From the NCBI RefSeq assembly GCF_000012545.1, contig NC_007681.1:420001-452000 (forward strand): a stretch of DNA of 32,000 nucleotides, read 5' to 3'. Of this stretch, positions 10,665 through 20,536 are shown in pieces. Numbering within the stretch: the first letter of the stretch is position 1; every line of letters begins with the position of its first letter. Under the pieces are notes generated by a model. That model was given only the letters and a program-made list of their open reading frames with translations. It was not told where the DNA came from and ran no database searches. Source of the stretch: Methanosphaera stadtmanae DSM 3091. Its GTDB lineage: Archaea; Methanobacteriota; Methanobacteria; Methanobacteriales; Methanobacteriaceae. The position numbers and the translations under genes are program-made.

Positions 10665-12978
10665 AATTATTTGAAATAATTTCATATAAATGTTTTAGTA
10701 TGATAAGTGTACCTTCTTTATTTAAGTGTTTATCATCACTTTGTTGTTGTGATGAATAGATACATGCCGGACATCCATTATCACAATCACAATCTCTAAC
10801 TAATTCATAAGACATTTTAACAATATCTTTAAATAATTTATATGCTTTATTTGTTAATCCAACACCACCTTCAAATCCATCATATATGAATATTGTTGCA
10901 TTTAATGTGTCTTCATGCATATTTTTAGTTACACCACCTAAATCATATGTATCACACATTACATGGAATGGAGCAACAGAAAGCATGACATTTTCAACAC
11001 CTTGAAGACATCCCATAAAAACGTCCTTAAATTTTTCACTTGTAACTAGTGTTTCTTCTAAGTGTTGTCTTATATCATAGGGTATTGTAAACCAGAAACC
11101 CTTAGTTTTAAAATTCAGTGGTGGAAGATTTAATTTCTTTGATGATGAAATTTTACTAAATGTAATTGTATTGTATCTATCATACTTCTCAGTAACATTT
11201 AAACTACCATAACTAAGTTTAATATCTCCAATATTCTCTTCTTTTTCTTTTTTCAATAGTTTAACATCGACTTCTTTCAATGCTTGAGTATAGTAATTTA
11301 GATTTTTTTTCTTTACATACACACGACGTTCTTGTATGTCTAGTTTTCTTACAAGATATGTTTCACCATTATGTATTAAAACAGCATTTTCATGTGCTTC
11401 TCTAAATGCTTGTTTTTCACTCATTTCTTCAAGGAATTTATGGTCATTGAATACTTTATATGGTTCTGAACGAACATCACTTAGATTTACTTCAAAATTT
11501 GGTGATTTATCTTGTTTTAATAATTCAATATCATTATAAACCCACTGATTATCTTTGTATTTAACAATACCTTCAGTTTCTAAATCACTAATTTCATCAA
11601 TAACAATACCTTCATCATCGAATCCAAAACTTTCAATTTCACCTAATTTTAGTGGAATTTCATATGCTGCACATTTAAGATGTCCTCTTAGTATTTGCTG
11701 ATTGTTTAAGTCGATTATTGCATGTTCATGTGTTTTATTGAAGAATACTTCCGGATGTTTCATAAAGTATTGATCTAATGGATTTTCAAATGCAAGCATT
11801 GTAATAATTGATTCTTGGTTACGTCGTCCAGCACGTCCTGCCTGTTGCCATGTGGATATGAGTGTTCCTGGATATCCTGATATAATAACACTATCTAATG
11901 AACCAATATTTATTCCTAATTCAAGGGCATTTGTTGTTACTATTCCCTTAATTTTACCAGATTTAAGATCATCTTCTATTTTTTTTCTCTCATCAACTGT
12001 ATATCCTGCTCTATATGCAGTTATTTTATTGCATAATTCTGGTTTTTCAGATTTTAATCTATCCTTTGCTCTAAGAGCAATGACTTCTGCCATTTTACGT
12101 GATATTTCAAAACATATTGTTTGTAAATCATTTTTTAAGTATGTGTTAAATAATTTTAAAGTATCTTGGTGTATTGATGGTTTTTTCTTTGATTCAAGAG
12201 CATATGGATTAAAGAACATGAAATATTTCTTACCTGATGGTGATCCATTATTATCCACTATTTTAAATTTAAGTCCTGTTAGTTTTTCACTAAATTCCAC
12301 GGGATTTGCAAGTGTTGCAGTTGATATAATAAATTGTGGATTTGAACCATAGTATTTACAGATTCTTTTTAATCTTCTTATTAAAAATGCCATATTTGAA
12401 CCAAACACACCTCTATACTGGTGTGCTTCATCTATTATGATGTATTTAATATTTTCGAAGAATCTTTGCCATTGTTTATGCCATGGAAGTATTAGATGTA
12501 GTTCATAGGGATTTGTTATAACAAGTCGTGACTTTCTTTTTATTTCGGGTCGTTTTGATTTGGGTGTATCTCCATCATATTTTTCAGGATATATCTCTAA
12601 ATCATATTCTTTATCAATATTTAATAAGCTCTTTAATTGGTCATTAGCCAATGCCTTTGTTGGATAAATATATAATGCAGTATCTTGTTTATTATTAGTT
12701 AAATCTTCTAGTACAGGTAGTGTGAATGATAATGTTTTTCCACTTGCAGTGGGTGTTGTTATTATTACATTTTCATTGTTTCGAACATGTTTTAGTGCTT
12801 CATATTGGTGTGTGTAGAGTTTAATATGGTGTTCTTTAAGATATCTACTCAATGGTTGGGGAAGTTTAACATCTTCTGTTGTATATCTTGCATGTCTTGG
12901 AGGAATTTCTTCTATATGTTCAATTCTATCTCTAAACCATTTCTTGTTTTTGAAATATGTGAGTATGTCTGTTATCAT
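10663..12978 (-). CDS. DEAD/DEAH-box superfamily 2 helicase with a C-terminal DUF1998 (MrfA/YprA/Hrq1-like) zinc module
   Basis: Helicase motifs are motif I TPTASGKTL, motif II DEAH (IIIDEAHQYRG) and motif VI QQAGRAGRR. The C-terminal block FIYDGFEGGVGL...CDCDNGCPACIYSSQQ is typical of DUF1998. Confidence 0.85.
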   Translation of the reverse strand: MITDILTYFKNKKWFRDRIEHIEEIPPRHARYTTEDVKLPQPLSRYLKEHHIKLYTHQYEALKHVRNNENVIITTPTASGKTLSFTLPVLEDLTNNKQDTALYIYPTKALANDQLKSLLNIDKEYDLEIYPEKYDGDTPKSKRPEIKRKSRLVITNPYELHLILPWHKQWQRFFENIKYIIIDEAHQYRGVFGSNMAFLIRRLKRICKYYGSNPQFIISTATLANPVEFSEKLTGLKFKIVDNNGSPSGKKYFMFFNPYALESKKKPSIHQDTLKLFNTYLKNDLQTICFEISRKMAEVIALRAKDRLKSEKPELCNKITAYRAGYTVDERKKIEDDLKSGKIKGIVTTNALELGINIGSLDSVIISGYPGTLISTWQQAGRAGRRNQESIITMLAFENPLDQYFMKHPEVFFNKTHEHAIIDLNNQQILRGHLKCAAYEIPLKLGEIESFGFDDEGIVIDEISDLETEGIVKYKDNQWVYNDIELLKQDKSPNFEVNLSDVRSEPYKVFNDHKFLEEMSEKQAFREAHENAVLIHNGETYLVRKLDIQERRVYVKKKNLNYYTQALKEVDVKLLKKEKEENIGDIKLSYGSLNVTEKYDRYNTITFSKISSSKKLNLPPLNFKTKGFWFTIPYDIRQHLEETLVTSEKFKDVFMGCLQGVENVMLSVAPFHVMCDTYDLGGVTKNMHEDTLNATIFIYDGFEGGVGLTNKAYKLFKDIVKMSYELVRDCDCDNGCPACIYSSQQQSDDKHLNKEGTLIILKHLYEIISNN

Positions 12979-13672
12979 TCTTTTTAACTACCTTTATTTT
13001 TTAATTTTTTTTATTCTTTAAAATTATATTTATTATTACTATCTGATTTTTGTATTTTAATAAATTAAGTAATTAACCATAGATAAAAAAAGAATGGATT
13101 TAGTTATACGTACTATTTTTTGATAATATGTATATTAATCTATTTTTTGGAGTATATTCTGATTTGGTTAATTTTTAATATTTTATTTTATAATATAGTC
13201 TATTAAAATTTTTTTTTATTTTTAAAATATATGTTTGTCCTGTTATTTCTACTTTGTTTAGTTAAATGGATATTTTTTATAATTTAAGTATATTTTTTTA
13301 TTTATTAATTTATTTTTTTAAGTAATTTGTATTTTATATGTTCTTTTAGGGCTGTATATTTCTCTATTTATTTTTCTAGTGTTTTATTATTCTTAATATA
13401 ATTTATATATTATTTTGTTAGTGGATTTTTATTTTATATTGTTTTTAAAAATCTTATTTTTTTTAAACTATTTTTTATAAATTTAAATATATCTTTAAAC
13501 TTAAATCTTTATAAGGATATTTTTTTGATTGATATAAATAAACAATCTAAATTAATATAATAATATTCTCGTTAGATACAGTTTATAATCTGAATTAAAG
13601 AAATTTATCAAAATTGACAAATAGTATCCTATTATTCTATCTATATTGGAGGTAAAAAAGGAGAATTAACAC
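12979..13672. other. Unusually long (about 694 bp) ORF-free, extremely AT-rich, T-skewed divergent intergenic spacer between the helicase gene and aglB
   Basis: The track shows no ORF of 60 aa or more on either strand. G and C are very sparse. TATTTTTT-type tracts recur, and GGAT(A)TTT motifs occur near 13095, 13268, 13422 and 13514. The aglB Shine-Dalgarno sequences GGAGG and AGGAG lie at the right end. Confidence 0.6.
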
Positions 13673-16249
13673 ATGGACAATAAAAATTTAGCAATCAAAA
13701 TAGCGCCTTTCATAATCGCGATATTACTAGTATTAGCAGTTTTTGCAGTTAGAGCAGAAACAATTAATCTTGGAGGAATCACCAATTCCAGTCAAAAAGC
13801 ACTATATCAAGATGATAGTGGAATGCCGTATTTTACTGAGATAGACTCATATTATAATTATCGTTTAACTGAGAATTATTTAAAAAATGGACAACTTGGT
13901 GATACGGTTGTTAATGGAACGTCATGGGATTCGTTGTCAACGTCTCCTAATGGTCGTGAAGTTAATTATCAACCAGTAATAGTTATATTAGCAGCTTTAG
14001 TATATAAATTCGTTAATATGTTTGGATCTGTGTCTTTAACACAGGTAGCATTCTGGCTAGGTCCAATTATAGGATCACTGGCTGTATTACCAGCATTTTA
14101 TATTGTTAGAAGAGCTACTGGAAATACTTGGGGAGCAATAGTAGCAGGTGTAATTGCAGGAGCAGCACCAGCATACTTCTCACACACATATGGTGGATTT
14201 TTTGATACAGATATGTTCAATGTTCTATTGCCGTTAATGATAGTAGTATTCCTAACTGAAAGTGTTTATGCATCAAAACCATTATTTAAGGGTTTATATG
14301 CTGGAATAGCATCGTTATTCCTAGGTTTATTTGCTCTGTCATGGAGTGGATATACATACATGGTATTATTAACATTTGGTACATTGATTTTATTCATACC
14401 TATTAGCTATATTATGGATAAAAAAGATGGAAAGGATTTATCAAATAAAAAGCAATGGCTTAAAAACAATCCTGCAACATTACCACTTGTAGTATTTATT
14501 ATACTATCAATAATTATTCTTGCATTAACAGTAGGTTCTTCAATGTTTGAATCAATTACAACTGTTCTTGGTTCAGCAACAAGCTTACAAAGTGCAACTG
14601 CAGGTACAGCATATCCTAACGTATATGTATCTGTAGGGGAACTTCAAATTCCACAAGTTATTGATGTAGCAAATCAAAGTGGTGGATTATTCTCATTATT
14701 ATATGCAGTTGCTGCATTATTCTTAATGGGATATGTATTAAGAAAAAAACCAGTAAACAAAGATAAAAAAGACGAAACTGAAGAAAAAACAGAAACAATT
14801 GAGGATAAAAAGCCTAGAAATAGGAGATACACTCCTAAAACTAAAAAAGCTGAAGAAGTTATGCATCATGAAGATGTATTTAAACCAGGAAGATATGAAT
14901 TAACATCAAAAGAAAAATATAATAACTTATTCCTATATGTTCTTACATTACTTTGGATTCTTGGTATAGCAATAATGTTAACACAAGGTACAAGGTTTAT
15001 AGAACAATTTGCAGTACCAGTAGCACTGTTATCTGGTCTGTTTGTAGGAATCATGGTTAAATATATCGATTTAAAAACTGAAAATTATTCATATGTAGCA
15101 TTAATTGCAGCAATACTTGTATTGTTAGCAGTGGTAAGTCCATTATATGCAGATCATTTAGCTTCTTCCCAAGCTGTGGGAAGTACAAACGATGATATGT
15201 ACAATACATTAACATGGATTAAAGCAAATACATCACAAGACACTGTACTTGCATCTTGGTGGGACTTTGGTCACCTATTCACAGCAGTTGCTGACCGTCA
15301 AGTAGTATTTGATGGGGGTTCACAGAATAACATGAGAGCCTATTGGATAGGTAATGCCCTAACATCAACAGATGAGGCAAAATCTGCAGGTATTTTAAGA
15401 ATGCTTGCAAACAGTGGAGAAGATGCATCTAATACATTAGATTTATATACAAATAATACAGAAAAAACTGTAGAAATATTAAATGCAATTTTACCAATGG
15501 ATAGAACAGAAGCAAATTCAGCATTAACTGGTACTTATGGCTTATCACAACAAGAAGCTAACTCAGTACTTGATTTAACACATCCTGCAAAAGTAAAACC
15601 TGTAAACTTAATATTAAGTTCGGATATGCTTTCAAAAGCAGCATGGTGGTCATACTTTGGTTCATGGGACTTTAAAAACCAAAATTCAACACATTACTCA
15701 TATTATCCATCTCAAAGTAATATTGAAAACATTAATGGAAGAGAATTTACATTAGGTATGGATAATGGTGTTATAGGAGTAAGTTCACCAACCAATGAAA
15801 CAAATGGTAGTACAATGACATTTGCATATGTGGATCAATCAAAACTAAATAAAAGTTTAAATATGTCCACACTAGAAGATAAACAACGCATGTCTAAAGA
15901 ATTATCAGATGGTACTGGAAATACATTACTAAAACCACATAAATTAATTGTTGTAGAAAACAATCAATTAACAGAAAAAATAGTTAACAATAACAGTAAC
16001 ATGTCTATTATGGCTATACATCAAAACGATGGTTCATATTTCACAGTATTATTTGATTCACATTTAGAAGAATCATTATTCACAAAACTATACCTTAAAA
16101 GTGGATTAAATGTGACAAGATTCAACATGACACATTCAGAACCAGGAATAAGTGTATGGGATGTATCTGAATATGCAAATACAACTGCCAACAGTACAAC
16201 AAATTCAAGTACTAATGGTACAAATGTTCAAACAAATACTTCAACTTAA
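13673..16249 (+). CDS. aglB: Archaeal oligosaccharyltransferase AglB (STT3 family)
   Basis: This 858-aa protein has a multi-TM N-terminal half and the WWDYG-type catalytic motif as WWDFGH (ASWWDFGHLF). The soluble C-terminal domain is rich in NxS/T. Confidence 0.9.
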   Translation: MDNKNLAIKIAPFIIAILLVLAVFAVRAETINLGGITNSSQKALYQDDSGMPYFTEIDSYYNYRLTENYLKNGQLGDTVVNGTSWDSLSTSPNGREVNYQPVIVILAALVYKFVNMFGSVSLTQVAFWLGPIIGSLAVLPAFYIVRRATGNTWGAIVAGVIAGAAPAYFSHTYGGFFDTDMFNVLLPLMIVVFLTESVYASKPLFKGLYAGIASLFLGLFALSWSGYTYMVLLTFGTLILFIPISYIMDKKDGKDLSNKKQWLKNNPATLPLVVFIILSIIILALTVGSSMFESITTVLGSATSLQSATAGTAYPNVYVSVGELQIPQVIDVANQSGGLFSLLYAVAALFLMGYVLRKKPVNKDKKDETEEKTETIEDKKPRNRRYTPKTKKAEEVMHHEDVFKPGRYELTSKEKYNNLFLYVLTLLWILGIAIMLTQGTRFIEQFAVPVALLSGLFVGIMVKYIDLKTENYSYVALIAAILVLLAVVSPLYADHLASSQAVGSTNDDMYNTLTWIKANTSQDTVLASWWDFGHLFTAVADRQVVFDGGSQNNMRAYWIGNALTSTDEAKSAGILRMLANSGEDASNTLDLYTNNTEKTVEILNAILPMDRTEANSALTGTYGLSQQEANSVLDLTHPAKVKPVNLILSSDMLSKAAWWSYFGSWDFKNQNSTHYSYYPSQSNIENINGREFTLGMDNGVIGVSSPTNETNGSTMTFAYVDQSKLNKSLNMSTLEDKQRMSKELSDGTGNTLLKPHKLIVVENNQLTEKIVNNNSNMSIMAIHQNDGSYFTVLFDSHLEESLFTKLYLKSGLNVTRFNMTHSEPGISVWDVSEYANTTANSTTNSSTNGTNVQTNTST

Positions 16250-16256
16250 ACCCCTC

Positions 16257-16265
16257 TTTTTTTTT
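16257..16265 (+). terminator. Oligo-T tract (T9) after aglB
   Basis: Nine consecutive T begin 7 nt after the TAA at 16247-16249, and further T runs follow. Confidence 0.45.
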
Positions 16266-16432
16266 ATTTTTATGATTCAAAGACTAGAATAATGTATTGA
16301 TATATTAATTTTTTAATGAAATTTTGAGCTTGTAAAAAGTAGATACTCTTTTTTTATAAAACTATGATTTAACTATTTATATAATAACTTATAGAATTAT
16401 TACCAAATGAATAAGGTTATGGAGATATTATT

Positions 16433-17131
16433 TTGAAGACACTTTCAGACATTTCAGAATCTGTTTTAATTCCTACTAATTCTTCACTGGATAAACTTCT
16501 TGGTGGAGGTATAGAAAAAGGATGTATTACTCAGTTTTATGGACCTCCTGGTTCTGGAAAAACTAATATTGCATTGAAAATATTATATGAAGCTACAAAA
16601 AATGGATCTAAGGCAATATATATGGATACTGAAGGTGGATTATCTTTAGAGAGAATACAACAAATAGCGGGAACTGATTTTGGTTCTATATCTAAGAATA
16701 TTTATATTTTAGAGCCAAAATCCTTTGATGAACAAATATTGGATATTCAAAATATTGAAGACATATTAAAAAAAGACAAATCTATTGATATGTTAATAAT
16801 AGATTCAATAGTAGCATTGTATAGGGTAGAGGATGGAGATCCTTCAGAAATAAATAAGAGATTGGGTCGGCTAATGGCAAAATTATTGAGATTAAGTAGG
16901 GAATATAACGTAGCAATTGTTATTACTAATCAAATATATTCTCCATTTGATTCTGATGATTTAATAATAGAACCTATTGGTGGTACAGTTTTAAAATATT
17001 GGAGTAAAATAATAATTGAAATAGAAAAAAGTGTAGATTCTCTAAAAAGAACAGCTACATTACAAAGACATAAAACTAAAGCACCAGGTCAATCAATAAA
17101 ATTTGAGATTATTGATAGAGGAATTATATAA
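16433..17131 (+). CDS. radB: DNA repair and recombination protein RadB (RecA/RadA paralogue)
   Basis: It has Walker A GPPGSGKTN and Walker B LIIDS. It is a short 232-aa RecA-fold protein lacking the RadA N-terminal domain. The start is TTG with GGAG upstream. Confidence 0.85.
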   Translation: MKTLSDISESVLIPTNSSLDKLLGGGIEKGCITQFYGPPGSGKTNIALKILYEATKNGSKAIYMDTEGGLSLERIQQIAGTDFGSISKNIYILEPKSFDEQILDIQNIEDILKKDKSIDMLIIDSIVALYRVEDGDPSEINKRLGRLMAKLLRLSREYNVAIVITNQIYSPFDSDDLIIEPIGGTVLKYWSKIIIEIEKSVDSLKRTATLQRHKTKAPGQSIKFEIIDRGII

Positions 17132-17153
17132 TTAAGAAATAGGGAGTAGAATT

Positions 17154-18314
17154 ATGGTTTTTAAAAAGAAGGAAAAAAGAGTTCCAAGTGGATTTAACAC
17201 AATAAATGAATTCTTTGATTACTTATATAAAAAAGAAGATTTAATTTGGATGGGACAAAATACTAATCATTTACAAAAGGATAAAGGTATAGAAGATGCA
17301 TTAATTGCTGGAGCTAAAAAAAGAGATTATTGTAAATATCCACCACCTGAAGGTTTTCCAGAACTTAAAGAATTAATTCTTAAAGATTTAGAATTAGATC
17401 CTAATTTATTTGATGTACAAGTAACTGCAAGTGCAACAGAATCTCTATATCTTGCTATAAGTACATCATTATATCATGTAACAAATACAATAGCATCAGA
17501 TCCAGGATATTTAATTATTAATAACTTCTGTAATAGATTTGGAAATCATGTAAAGGAAGTACCAATATATAATGAGGAATGTGGTTATAAATTAACACCA
17601 GAACTTATTAAAGAAAATATAGATATGGAAACAAAATTAATTGTATTAATTGATCCATTAAATCCAATAGGAACAGCATATACTAAGGATGAAATAAAAG
17701 AAATTGCAGAAATTGCAAAAGAAAATAATATAATTGTATTACATGATATAACATACAAAGACTTTGCAAGAGATCATACTCTTGTTGCAAAATATGCTCC
17801 AGAACATACAATTACAATATATAGTTTTTCTAAAATATTTGGAATGGCAGGTTTAAGAATAGGGGCAGTAATTAGTTCTCCAGATTTAATGAGACCAATA
17901 AGAGCTAGTGTAATAAACGATCTTGGAACAAATTCATTAGCACAAGAAGCAGGTATAGCAGGACTACATAGTAAATCATCATGGATTGAAGATATAAAAG
18001 AAACATGTTTCAAAAATCAAGAACTTATTAAAGAAGCTGTTGATGAAACACCTGGTGCTTTTCTACCAGTATATCCATCAGATGCAAATATGATGGTAAT
18101 AGATATTTCACAAACTGGTGTTAAACCAGAGGATCTATCAGAGTATCTTCTAGAAGAAAAAAATATCTTTGTAAGAGAAGGAAATTATACAAGTAAACGC
18201 TTTGGAGATAGATACATACGTGTAAGTTATTCCATACCTACAAGTGAAGTTATGGAATTTAGGAATGAATTTAAAAATGCAATATTAACATTACAAAGAA
18301 AAAATAAAAAATAA
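17154..18314 (+). CDS. Pyridoxal-phosphate-dependent aminotransferase, class I/II (substrate not assignable)
   Basis: The PLP-lysine context SFSKIFGMAGLRIG is present, with the fold-type I layout and a length of 386 aa. GGGAG precedes the ATG. Confidence 0.75.
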   Translation: MVFKKKEKRVPSGFNTINEFFDYLYKKEDLIWMGQNTNHLQKDKGIEDALIAGAKKRDYCKYPPPEGFPELKELILKDLELDPNLFDVQVTASATESLYLAISTSLYHVTNTIASDPGYLIINNFCNRFGNHVKEVPIYNEECGYKLTPELIKENIDMETKLIVLIDPLNPIGTAYTKDEIKEIAEIAKENNIIVLHDITYKDFARDHTLVAKYAPEHTITIYSFSKIFGMAGLRIGAVISSPDLMRPIRASVINDLGTNSLAQEAGIAGLHSKSSWIEDIKETCFKNQELIKEAVDETPGAFLPVYPSDANMMVIDISQTGVKPEDLSEYLLEEKNIFVREGNYTSKRFGDRYIRVSYSIPTSEVMEFRNEFKNAILTLQRKNKK

Positions 18315-18331
18315 GAAAAATAAGGAATTAG

Positions 18332-18634
18332 TTAAGAAGTATTTCTTTCTTCTAATTCACTTGGATTAACTACTTCTACATCCGGAACTTCTTTAGATTC
18401 ATTATCCTTTGAAATTTCAGATTTAGATATGTTCAATAATAAATAGTCTCCTACTTCAGAAACCATTTCAGGAGTTATTTTAAAATTAACTTTTCTTAAA
18501 CTAAGTTCATTAGGATTAATAGTTATTTCAGAAATAGTATTTTCTTTAAGATTAATATCAATATCTTGAATTTTACCAATTTCATTAGCATTATCATCTA
18601 ATACTTTTTTACCAATTAGTTCCGATATTTTCAT
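18332..18634 (-). CDS. PRC-barrel domain protein
   Basis: This 100-aa protein starts MKISELIGKKVLDDNANEIGKIQDIDINL, the usual archaeal PRC-barrel opening. It ends in an acidic tail. Confidence 0.7.
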   Translation of the reverse strand: MKISELIGKKVLDDNANEIGKIQDIDINLKENTISEITINPNELSLRKVNFKITPEMVSEVGDYLLLNISKSEISKDNESKEVPDVEVVNPSELEERNTS

Positions 18635-18762
18635 GTAGTGTTCCTCTAAATAATTTTTTTTATATAATAATATTGATTTTCTTATTAAAATAATCTTTTG
18701 TTTTATTAATTTTTAAATAAATAATTTAATTGTATGACTAATAAAAAGGAGGAGAATAAAAG

Positions 18763-20388
18763 ATGCAGGAAGCGTGTAGATTAATAATAGAAGAAGCATT
18801 AAGTAGAAATATAACTACAAAGAAGGATTTAGAAAAACTTAAAATTCAAACATGTAGAGACTTAAAATTAAGTGGCTTCATGAGTAATTCTAAAATTTTA
18901 CAGTATGCAAAACCAGAAGAATTAGAAAGTTTAAGACCAATTCTAATGAAAAAACCAACACGTACAATTTCTGGTGTTGCAATAGTAGCAGTTATGTGTA
19001 GGCCACATAAATGTCCACATGGACGATGTAAATACTGTCCTGAGAGTAGCATTGCTCCTCCAAGTTATACTGGTGAGGAACCTGCAGCTTTACGAGCAAG
19101 AATGTTCCATTTTCATCCATATGTTCAAACATTCAACAGATTATATCAACTAAAAAATATTGGTCATTCCATAGATAAGGTGGAATTAATAATAATGGGC
19201 GGAACCTTTGCTTCATGTACTCTTGATTATCAGGAATGGTTTGTAACACAATGTTTAAGGGCAATGAATGATTTTGAAACAGTTAGTAAGAAAATACCAG
19301 TAAATCAAAGGGAAATCAAAATAATACCTCCAGAGGATTTCCAATACATACATGATGCACAGAAAAATAATGAACATTCAAAGGTAAGATGTATAGGATT
19401 AACATTTGAAACAAGACCAGATTATGCTAAAATGGAAGATATTAATAGAATGTTACAATTTGGAGTAACACGTGTTGAATTAGGTGTTCAAACATTATAT
19501 AATCATATATATAAACGAGTTGATAGAGGTCATAAAATTCAAGATGTAATAGAGGCAAATCAATTATTACGAGATTCTGGAATAAAAGTTGCCATGCATA
19601 TGATGCCAGGACTTTTATCTTCATTTAGTAGTGATGTTAACATGTTTAAACGTTTATTTAATGAACCATTATTTTCACCAGACATGTTAAAAATCTATCC
19701 ATGTCTTGTTACAGAGGGCTCAGAATTCTATGATATGTGGAAAAAGGGCGAATATGAACCATACACATCTCAACAAGCAGTGGATTTAATAGTTGAAGTT
19801 AAAAAAATTCTACCAAAATGGGTTAGAACAATGAGAATTCAAAGAGATATTCCAGCAACATTAATTGATGCTGGAGTTAAAAAATCAAATCTTGGAGAAT
19901 TAGTATATAATCGTCTTGAAGAGGAGGATATTCAATGTCAATGTATTAGATGTAGAGAGGTAGGTCATAAAAAGGCACATGGAATAGAACCTGACTATAA
20001 TAATATAGAATTACTAAGAACAGATTATGATGTAGTAGGTGGACATGAAATATTTTTATCTATAGAAGATGTGGAAAATGATATTTTAATTGGATTTACT
20101 CGTTTAAGAATACCATCCAATAGAGTATTTAGGAAGGAAATTACAAGTTCAAGTTCATTGATTAGAGAATTACATGTTTATGGACAAATGCAGAAAATTG
20201 GTAAAAATGATGATAATTTATGGCAACATAAAGGTTATGGTGCCCAATTATTAGAAGAAGCTGAAAAAATAGCAAAAGATGAATATAATAAAAATAAAAT
20301 GCTAATAATTAGTGGAATTGGTGTAAGAGATTATTATCGTAAATTTGGATATTATAAGGATGGTCCATACATGTCTAAATTCATTTAA
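18763..20388 (+). CDS. elp3: Elp3-family radical SAM/GNAT protein (tRNA wobble-uridine modification enzyme)
   Basis: The N-terminal Cys cluster is [15 protein letters not shown]. The radical SAM core is followed by a C-terminal GNAT motif ([16 protein letters not shown]). Length is 541 aa. Confidence 0.88.
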   Translation: MQEACRLIIEEALSRNITTKKDLEKLKIQTCRDLKLSGFMSNSKILQYAKPEELESLRPILMKKPTRTISGVAIVAVMCRPHKCPHGRCKYCPESSIAPPSYTGEEPAALRARMFHFHPYVQTFNRLYQLKNIGHSIDKVELIIMGGTFASCTLDYQEWFVTQCLRAMNDFETVSKKIPVNQREIKIIPPEDFQYIHDAQKNNEHSKVRCIGLTFETRPDYAKMEDINRMLQFGVTRVELGVQTLYNHIYKRVDRGHKIQDVIEANQLLRDSGIKVAMHMMPGLLSSFSSDVNMFKRLFNEPLFSPDMLKIYPCLVTEGSEFYDMWKKGEYEPYTSQQAVDLIVEVKKILPKWVRTMRIQRDIPATLIDAGVKKSNLGELVYNRLEEEDIQCQCIRCREVGHKKAHGIEPDYNNIELLRTDYDVVGGHEIFLSIEDVENDILIGFTRLRIPSNRVFRKEITSSSSLIRELHVYGQMQKIGKNDDNLWQHKGYGAQLLEEAEKIAKDEYNKNKMLIISGIGVRDYYRKFGYYKDGPYMSKFI

Positions 20389-20536
20389 TTATTCCTTTTC
20401 TTTTTATTATTCTCTTTTTATTAAATTACTTATTTATCTATTCTTGAAAAAATAATAAATAGTATAAATAATAATTCATAAAGATAAATATAGTTTAAAA
20501 ATATTTAAAAACATACTTTTTATAGGTTGTATTATT

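Noticed and set aside
12979-13672. The possibility that the long AT-rich spacer is a replication origin, given that mcm, topA and a helicase are nearby
   Set aside because: I could not find ORB or mini-ORB-like dyad repeats, and no orc1/cdc6 gene is adjacent. The recurring motifs are short and only mildly enriched for this base composition. I kept the region as an unexplained spacer, not as an origin call.
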